Shown here: positions 9,186 to 13,919 of the stretch, in pieces
Position numbering within the stretch: position 1 is the stretch's first letter
Layout of the letters: each line of letters starts with the position of its first letter
From: Gemmata obscuriglobus
GTDB taxonomy: Bacteria > Planctomycetota > Planctomycetia > Gemmatales > Gemmataceae
Length of the DNA: 32,000 nt
Assembly (NCBI RefSeq): GCF_008065095.1
Contig: NZ_CP042911.1
Coordinates: forward strand, 3,660,001-3,692,000
Direction of reading: 5' to 3'
The notes under the pieces: model-generated
Database searches by the model: none
What the model was told of the DNA's origin: nothing
Seen by the model: only the letters and a program-made list of their open reading frames with translations
Position numbers and translations under genes: made by a program

Positions 9186-9527
9186 ATGAGACGCACACTG
9201 TTCGTCTGCCGCAACGGTTGCCGCCGGCAGTTGCTCCGGGACACGGGTCGCATCCCGGAGCCGCCGGCGTGCCCGAAGTGCGGGCGGCCGATGGTGCGGT
9301 TGAAGAAGAGGGGGCACCCGCGGAAGCTCGGCTTGCAGGCGGCGATCCGCAAACTGCTCCGCTCGTCGGCCGTCCCGGTCAGCACGAGCGACATCGGCTG
9401 GATCGTGTGCCCGGACCGAAAGAGCCCCCGACTGACCGTTTACGGGCTGCTCCGGCGGATGCTGGCCCGCGGCCGGGTGCGGCGAGTGGCGTCGTCGCAC
9501 CAGAGCGGGGCGTTCTGGACGGCGTGA
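9186..9527 (+). CDS. Small zinc-ribbon plus winged-helix-like protein
   Basis: Contains CRNGC..(16 aa)..CPKC, a Cys4 pattern, then the basic helical segment RLTVYGLLRRMLARGRVRRV. Its stop abuts palindrome copy 7. Confidence 0.5.
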   Translation: MRRTLFVCRNGCRRQLLRDTGRIPEPPACPKCGRPMVRLKKRGHPRKLGLQAAIRKLLRSSAVPVSTSDIGWIVCPDRKSPRLTVYGLLRRMLARGRVRRVASSHQSGAFWTA

Positions 9528-9543
9528 GTGGTCGCGCGACCAC
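9528..9543. repeat. Palindrome copy 7 (perfect)
   Basis: It starts immediately after TGA at 9525-9527 and lies 24 nt upstream of ATG-9568. GGTCTACCATAA lies between. Confidence 0.95.
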
Positions 9544-9551
9544 TCGGGGCG

Positions 9552-9563
9552 GGTCTACCATAA
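9552..9563 (+). promoter_or_regulatory. Conserved 12-mer GGTCTACCATAA, copy 2
   Basis: Identical to 1887..1898. TACCAT ends 6 nt before ATG-9568. Confidence 0.4.
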
Positions 9564-9567
9564 GGTA

Positions 9568-9810
9568 ATGGACGACTCGAACGTTTCCTACACCGCCGTC
9601 AGCTCCTCGAACGTGTCAGCGGTCGGCTACGACACCGCGTTCAAGCGGCTCTGGGTGAAGTTCAAGAGCGGCGACGTGTACGCCTACGAGTCGGTCCCGT
9701 CCCACGTCTACCTCGACATGCTGCGGGCCGCGTCCGTCGGCAGCTACCTCTGGCGGGTGGTGCGGGCGAACGGGACCGACTCCCTGTACGCCTACGCGAA
9801 GGTGCGGTAA
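9568..9810 (+). CDS. KTSC domain-containing protein
   Basis: SSNVSAVGYDTAFKRLWVKFKSGDVYAYESVPSHVYLDMLRAASVGSYL matches the KTSC pattern (S.I..vGYD....L.V.F..G.vY.Y..VP..vy..l..A.S.G.Y). Confidence 0.7.
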   Translation: MDDSNVSYTAVSSSNVSAVGYDTAFKRLWVKFKSGDVYAYESVPSHVYLDMLRAASVGSYLWRVVRANGTDSLYAYAKVR

Positions 9811-9817
9811 CCGCCGG

Positions 9818-9833
9818 GTGGTCGCGCGACCAC
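9818..9833. repeat. Palindrome copy 8 (perfect)
   Basis: It lies 7 nt after TAA at 9808-9810. GGAGGG and ATG-9855 follow 21 nt downstream. Confidence 0.95.
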
Positions 9834-9854
9834 CCCCGACCTGGAGGGCCGACG

Positions 9855-9953
9855 ATGATCACTCTGATGCTCACGTTGTTGCTGGCCACCGTCCCGGAAC
9901 GCCCGCACACGGCCCCGGCGACGCCGCCGGCGAAAGTGTCTTCCGAACCTTAA
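9855..9953 (+). CDS. 32-aa hydrophobic peptide (MITLMLTLLLATVPERPHTAPATPPAKVSSEP)
   Basis: It is below the ORF-track size cut-off. It has the same palindrome, GGAGGG, ATG layout as neighbouring genes. It has a TM-like N-terminus and ends 17 nt before the S8 protease start. Confidence 0.35.
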   Translation: MITLMLTLLLATVPERPHTAPATPPAKVSSEP

Positions 9954-9970
9954 ACACACACGGAGCAGTG

Positions 9971-11161
9971 ATGCGATCTTACGCAGCCGCAGTCGCGACC
10001 GCGCTGATTCTGGGGCTTGTTGGTGTGGCTCTGCCGCCGGCCGCCCCCAAGGGTGCGATCCCCGTCGTTGCGGCCCCGGCTCGGGCGGGCGACGACCCGC
10101 CGGATCGGGAGTACAAGCTGCCGCCCAACGAACTGGTTCCGACTGCCGTGCAGGCACTGACCGACGCGGGCGACGTGGCCGACTGGGGGCACGCCGTCGT
10201 CGGTGTGCCCGACGCGTGGAAGGTGACCAAGGGCAAGGGCGCGAAGGTGGCCGTGCTCGACACCGGGTGCGACTCCGGGCACCGCGATTTGAAACCGCAA
10301 ATTGTCGCCGCCCGTGACTTTACGGGTTCGCGGTCGGGCAGTTCCGACGTGAACGGGCACGGCAGTCACTGTGCCGGGATCGTGCTGGCCGCCGAGAACG
10401 CGGTCGGCATGGTGGGCGTCGCGCCCGAGTCACAGTTGATCGTTGGCAAAGTGCTGGGCGATTCGGGGAGCGGTCTGTCCAGCGGAATCGCGGCCGGCAT
10501 CGACTGGGCGGTAGAGCAGGGGGCCGACGTGATCTCCATGAGCCTCGGATCGCCCACCGAAGACGCACGCATCCGGGCGTCGATCGCGGCGGCCCGAGCG
10601 AAGGGCGTGCTGGTGATCGCCGCGGCCGGCAACGAGGGGCCGCGGGAGGGGACGGTGGGGTATCCGGGCGGCACGCCGGGGGTGGTCTGCGTCGCGGCGA
10701 TCGACTCGGCACTCGCCACCGCGTCGTTCAGCAGCCGTGGCAAGCAGGTGCAGGTGGCCGCCCCGGGAGTGAACATCCGGTCGTGTTATCCGGGCGACCG
10801 GTTCGCCACGATGAGCGGCACCAGCATGGCGACCCCGTATGTGGCCGGTTGCGCGGCACTGTACGTGTCCCGATGCAAATCGCTGGGCGTGAAACCGACC
10901 CCGGACGACTTCGCCCAGCGGATCGCTTCCACGAGTAAAGACCTGCCCCCGAGCGGGCGCGACACCGCCACCGGGTTCGGCCTCGTCCAGCCGGCCAAGT
11001 TGCTGCCCACGTCCTCGCCCGTTCCCGATCCGAAGGATCCGACGGTGCCCGTTCCGGTCCCGGTCCCGGTCGGCGACAAGCTGGAACTGTTCCTGCCCGG
11101 GCTGACGGTCGGCGGTCGCCCGGTCAAACGGATCGTCCTCGAACTGGAACCCAAGCCGTGA
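9971..11161 (+). CDS. Secreted subtilisin-like serine protease (peptidase S8)
   Basis: The catalytic triad motifs are VLDTGCD, HGSHCAGIV and GTSMATPYVAG. The N-terminal signal or anchor is MRSYAAAVATALILGLVGVALPPAAP. ATG-9971 is preceded by GGAG. The C-terminal linker is Pro-rich. Confidence 0.92.
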   Translation: MRSYAAAVATALILGLVGVALPPAAPKGAIPVVAAPARAGDDPPDREYKLPPNELVPTAVQALTDAGDVADWGHAVVGVPDAWKVTKGKGAKVAVLDTGCDSGHRDLKPQIVAARDFTGSRSGSSDVNGHGSHCAGIVLAAENAVGMVGVAPESQLIVGKVLGDSGSGLSSGIAAGIDWAVEQGADVISMSLGSPTEDARIRASIAAARAKGVLVIAAAGNEGPREGTVGYPGGTPGVVCVAAIDSALATASFSSRGKQVQVAAPGVNIRSCYPGDRFATMSGTSMATPYVAGCAALYVSRCKSLGVKPTPDDFAQRIASTSKDLPPSGRDTATGFGLVQPAKLLPTSSPVPDPKDPTVPVPVPVPVGDKLELFLPGLTVGGRPVKRIVLELEPKP

Positions 11162-11427
11162 GCAATCACGCACTGTTCGGTGCCGCCTCTGCGTTACCCG
11201 AACAGTTGCTCCTGAAACGGAGACCCGCTGTGAACGAGAAGTACCTAAGCGAACTGAAGGTGTGGGCCATTCGGGCCGCGGTCGTGATCGCTCTGAGCGT
11301 CACGACCGCCCTCATCAACCGCTACCTCGGTGTTCAAGTCGAGGTAGCGCCCCCGCCGGTTCAAGTGGTCGTGCAACCGGCCCCCGGAACCGAGCAGCAA
11401 CCGACCGTAACGGTCACCCGCCCCTGA
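11158..11427 (+). CDS. Small single-pass membrane protein
   Basis: The GTG start overlaps the protease stop (GTGA at 11158-11161). The TM segment is VWAIRAAVVIALSVTTALI and the tail is Pro/Val-rich. Confidence 0.45.
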   Translation: MSNHALFGAASALPEQLLLKRRPAVNEKYLSELKVWAIRAAVVIALSVTTALINRYLGVQVEVAPPPVQVVVQPAPGTEQQPTVTVTRP

Positions 11428-11467
11428 CCTGCCGCCCCTGACCTGCCGCCCCTGACCTGCCGCCCCC
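11418..11467. repeat. 14-bp tandem repeat CCCCTGACCTGCCG, about 3.3 copies
   Basis: Full units lie at 11421-11434, 11435-11448 and 11449-11462. Each carries a TGA (11425, 11439, 11453), and these fall in three different reading frames. Confidence 0.9.
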
Positions 11468-11508
11468 GCAGTTTTACCCGGACCCGATACCCGAAAGCCG
11501 AGCGACTC

Positions 11509-11895
11509 ATGAAAACCTTAACGATTCTCCGGATCTTTGCTGTCGCCGCCGTCGCCGCGTTTGTGACGCCCGATTCGGCGTCGGCCGGTCCGATCCGGCA
11601 GTGGGTCCGCGACCACCGGCCCGGGATCATCGTCCCGAAGCGGTCCGCCCCGTCGTGCGGGTCGTGTCAGACCGCCCCGGCCCCGCTGCCCCCCTCGCCC
11701 ATCACGGACCCGGGGCTCGAGATCAGCCCGTTCCCGGCCGCGACGGCTGGAGTGGTCCAAACCGGCGGCTGCAACGGCGGCACCTGTCCGGCACCTCAAT
11801 TCGCCCCCGGTCGGTGGTACGTGGTTCCGGCTGCTGGCGGGTGCCCGGGCGGAACCTGCCCCGCCCCGCAACGGCTCGTGATCCCCGTGAAGTAG
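11509..11895 (+). CDS. Secreted Cys/Pro-rich small protein
   Basis: The signal peptide is MKTLTILRIFAVAAVAAFVTPDSASA. The motif GGC.GGTCPAPQ is repeated. Confidence 0.6.
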   Translation: MKTLTILRIFAVAAVAAFVTPDSASAGPIRQWVRDHRPGIIVPKRSAPSCGSCQTAPAPLPPSPITDPGLEISPFPAATAGVVQTGGCNGGTCPAPQFAPGRWYVVPAAGGCPGGTCPAPQRLVIPVK

Positions 11896-11907
11896 ACCGA
11901 AGTACCG

Positions 11908-11923
11908 GTGGTCGCGCGACCGC
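11908..11923. repeat. Palindrome copy 9 (variant GTGGTCGCGCGACCGC, 1 mismatch)
   Basis: It lies 12 nt after TAG at 11893-11895. AGGAG and GTG-11961 lie downstream. Confidence 0.85.
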
Positions 11924-11960
11924 GTTCCGTTTCCCAATTCCCTGAATCAGGAGTCCGTCC

Positions 11961-12155
11961 GTGTTTCACCTGCACGCCCACTACCACGCCGGCGCCCCAG
12001 CGGTCACCCAGAGCGGGGCCGACGCCCAGGCGATCGGCGACGGCACACTGCTCCGGCTCATCCCCCAGATCATTGCGTTGCTGGTCCAGTTGGGGCTCAT
12101 CAAGCTCCCGGCCGGAACCGTGTCGCGTGACGGTGAGCCGTCGCCCACGCCGTAA
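11961..12155 (+). CDS. Small hypothetical protein with a hydrophobic helix (LLRLIPQIIALLVQLGLI)
   Basis: GTG start preceded by AGGAG. It is the last ORF before the tRNA-fragment junction. Confidence 0.35.
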   Translation: MFHLHAHYHAGAPAVTQSGADAQAIGDGTLLRLIPQIIALLVQLGLIKLPAGTVSRDGEPSPTP

Positions 12156-12294
12156 CGAACCCGGTGGCAACGCGGTGGCAATGAACTTCCGTGCCGTTTG
12201 GTTGATAGTGAACGAATTTGCAGTATTCGGCTTCGGAAAGCCCTAGTTTTGTAGGGCAAAATGCGTCAGCGTTGTTACCGTGCCGATCTGCTGG

Positions 12295-12341
<47 letters not shown>

Positions 12342-12349
12342 CTTGAAAA

Positions 12350-12372
12350 CCCCTGCAAAAGCAGGGGTTTTT
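12350..12372. terminator. Bidirectional intrinsic terminator
   Basis: CCCCTGC-AAAA-GCAGGGG is flanked by AAAA on the left and TTTTT on the right. It lies between the tRNA fragment (+) and the end of the minus-strand ORF at 12393. Confidence 0.8.
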
Positions 12373-12392
12373 CATTTGAATCCGCATCTGAA

Positions 12393-12812
12393 TTATTCGC
12401 TGTGCACCTTTGCGTCGCCGCAGAGCTTCTGAAACCGTCTGAACGCTGCTTCCCTGTCCCGCCCCAAATTGATCTGCTTGCCCCCGATTTTCACGTACCA
12501 GCACTGGTTGAACGTGCGGAGCCAAGGCTTTGAAGGGCGCCCGGGCCTTCGGGCGCAGTGGTTTGTCACGTCAGAAGGGTGAAATTCAAACGTTGTGGGC
12601 CACTCGGGCTCGTTCTCTTCGTGCCACTGCCGGTGGAGCTTTGCGCAAAGCCAACGAACCGTCAACCACTTCGCAGGGTAGTAGCTGTCGTGGTGGGCCT
12701 GTCCCCGCCTGCCGCAAATCTGACACGGTTGTCGCAGCAGCGTACCGTTTGCAATTGCCACCGCAACTGCTGAATGGGCCTGACTTTGGAGATGGTACGC
12801 GCGGTTGTCCAT
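12393..12812 (-). CDS. Small HNH-type endonuclease-like protein with a C-terminal extension
   Basis: CQICGRRGQAHHDSYYPAKWLTVRWLCAKLHRQWH fits the C..C....HH......LC..CH...H HNH/zinc pattern. Start taken at ATG-12812 (MDNRAYHL..). The C-terminal segment KPWLRTFNQCWYVKIGGKQINLGRDREAAFRRFQKL resembles integrase N-terminal arm-type domains. Confidence 0.55.
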   Translation of the reverse strand: MDNRAYHLQSQAHSAVAVAIANGTLLRQPCQICGRRGQAHHDSYYPAKWLTVRWLCAKLHRQWHEENEPEWPTTFEFHPSDVTNHCARRPGRPSKPWLRTFNQCWYVKIGGKQINLGRDREAAFRRFQKLCGDAKVHSE

Positions 12813-12947
12813 GCGCTGAACTTGCCTGAGCCTGCACCAAATGTCAACGATTACCTGCACCAAACCCCGGCTGCTCTGGCCGGGGTTACGTCATTTCGGC
12901 ATCGCGTTCAGCCGGGCGAACTCCCCGGCCCAGTGGTGTGATCGCCG

Positions 12948-13160
12948 TCAGGTCGTGGTGAGCACCTCCAGCTGGTCCTCACGGACCTCGACGTACGCTG
13001 GATTTGGCTTCCGTCCGACCCGGACCCGGTAAATCTGCGCACCGCCCGGACCGAGAGGGCCGCGCAATTCAACGATGCGGCCCTTCATGCCGGCCGAGTA
13101 GCGGATTTTGACCCGGTCACCGAGGACCGGGTTCTTGGCGGACTTCTTCGGGGTCGGCAT
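12948..13160 (-). CDS. 70-aa basic protein, translationally coupled to the upstream HEPN gene (candidate partner or antitoxin)
   Basis: ATG-13160 is preceded by AGGAGGG and lies 10 nt after the HEPN TAA. The sequence MPTPKKSAKNPVLGDRVKIRYSAGMKGRIVELRG..IYRVRVGRK has a small SH3/KOW-like beta character. Confidence 0.55.
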   Translation of the reverse strand: MPTPKKSAKNPVLGDRVKIRYSAGMKGRIVELRGPLGPGGAQIYRVRVGRKPNPAYVEVREDQLEVLTTT

Positions 13161-13170
13161 CGCTCCCTCC

Positions 13171-13734
13171 TTACGGCGGCCACGGATCACGCCGCAACTG
13201 TCGCTTTAATCGATTGTACATGACGCGGTCAAGCGATGCCGCCAGCCCGTCACAGGAATTTCGCCAATTCCGGAGGTCGGTGACGGATGGCAGGCCGGTA
13301 GGGGGAACTGTCCCTTGGTGGGCGGCAATATTCCGCCACTCGTTCAACTTAGAGAGGTGTGTAATCCGAGGCGGGTTCGCGATGTCAGCGGCGGCCAAAT
13401 CGAGCGTAAAGCCGAACCGCTCGAAGTCCTTTCGGATGTTGCTGAGGTTGGGGTTACCGTGGTCGAGGGCTCGGTGCGCGGTGAACTGCGATTGGACCAT
13501 CGCCTGAAGCGTGATCCGCACCCGCGACGCAATGACCTGCGCGCACTCAGAATACAGATCGCGACAGAAACCTTGAAAGTGCGCGCTCAGCAGCAATCCG
13601 TACCCCCGCACGTTTTCTTCAAACAGGCGAGGGTTTGGTGGGGAAACGAGCGACGAGGATGCGCACTGGAGATCGACCTCTTGAAGATGGATCATTCGGG
13701 TGAGACGCCACACCCCCAACGAAGTCGACGGCAT
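13171..13734 (-). CDS. HEPN-domain protein (putative RNase; Abi/toxin-like)
   Basis: Canonical Rx4H motif RNIAAH at aa 134-139 (nt 13318-13335) within LNEWRNIAAHQG. Upstream helical block LLLSAHFQGFCRDLYSECA is like the MAE_28990 / RiboL-PSP-type HEPN families. The sequence is all-helical in character. Confidence 0.6.
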   Translation of the reverse strand: MPSTSLGVWRLTRMIHLQEVDLQCASSSLVSPPNPRLFEENVRGYGLLLSAHFQGFCRDLYSECAQVIASRVRITLQAMVQSQFTAHRALDHGNPNLSNIRKDFERFGFTLDLAAADIANPPRITHLSKLNEWRNIAAHQGTVPPTGLPSVTDLRNWRNSCDGLAASLDRVMYNRLKRQLRRDPWPP

Positions 13735-13919
13735 CCCCAGACTCCCGATTTAATTTACGAACGCGCGGAATGAGATGTTATTGCCGCACACCCCGAGACC
13801 GCTTGAGCAGTTCCGGTCGGGACCTCTGCGCAGGACGAACCTTGCGATTTTTGGGGTGCTGGAACTGCCTTTCACTCTCGAGTACGGTCATTCCCGCCAA
13901 GCCCCATCGCGCCGAAGCC

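Noticed and set aside
11418-11467. CRISPR-like array
   Set aside because: The units are directly adjacent 14-mers with no spacers and the array is far too short. It is a simple tandem repeat.
11601-11616. Degenerate palindrome GTGGGTCCGCGACCAC inside CDS 11509..11895
   Set aside because: It has three mismatches, is no longer a dyad, and lies mid-gene. It is probably a chance similarity in GC-rich coding DNA, so I did not count it as a tenth copy.
78-11923. Palindrome copies as rho-independent terminators
   Set aside because: No copy is followed by a T/U-tract. Two copies lie inside coding sequence, and the stem would be only about 6 bp with a 4-nt loop. A role in termination is not excluded, but it is not the classical intrinsic type.
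78-12246. ORFs starting MVARP.. (78, 3291, 5567, 6222, 9818, 11908) and minus-strand ORFs containing WSRDH
   Set aside because: These are artefacts. The palindrome itself supplies a GTG start and translates as VVARP, SGRAT or WSRDH in the different frames. The real genes start at downstream ATGs with Shine-Dalgarno sequences.
12393-12530. Truncated tyrosine integrase gene adjacent to the tRNA fragment
   Set aside because: Only an N-terminal arm-like segment is present. It is in frame with the HNH part and ends just before a proper terminator. Its N-terminus-proximal orientation relative to the att scar is not the usual int layout. I report it as an uncertain fusion rather than as an integrase.
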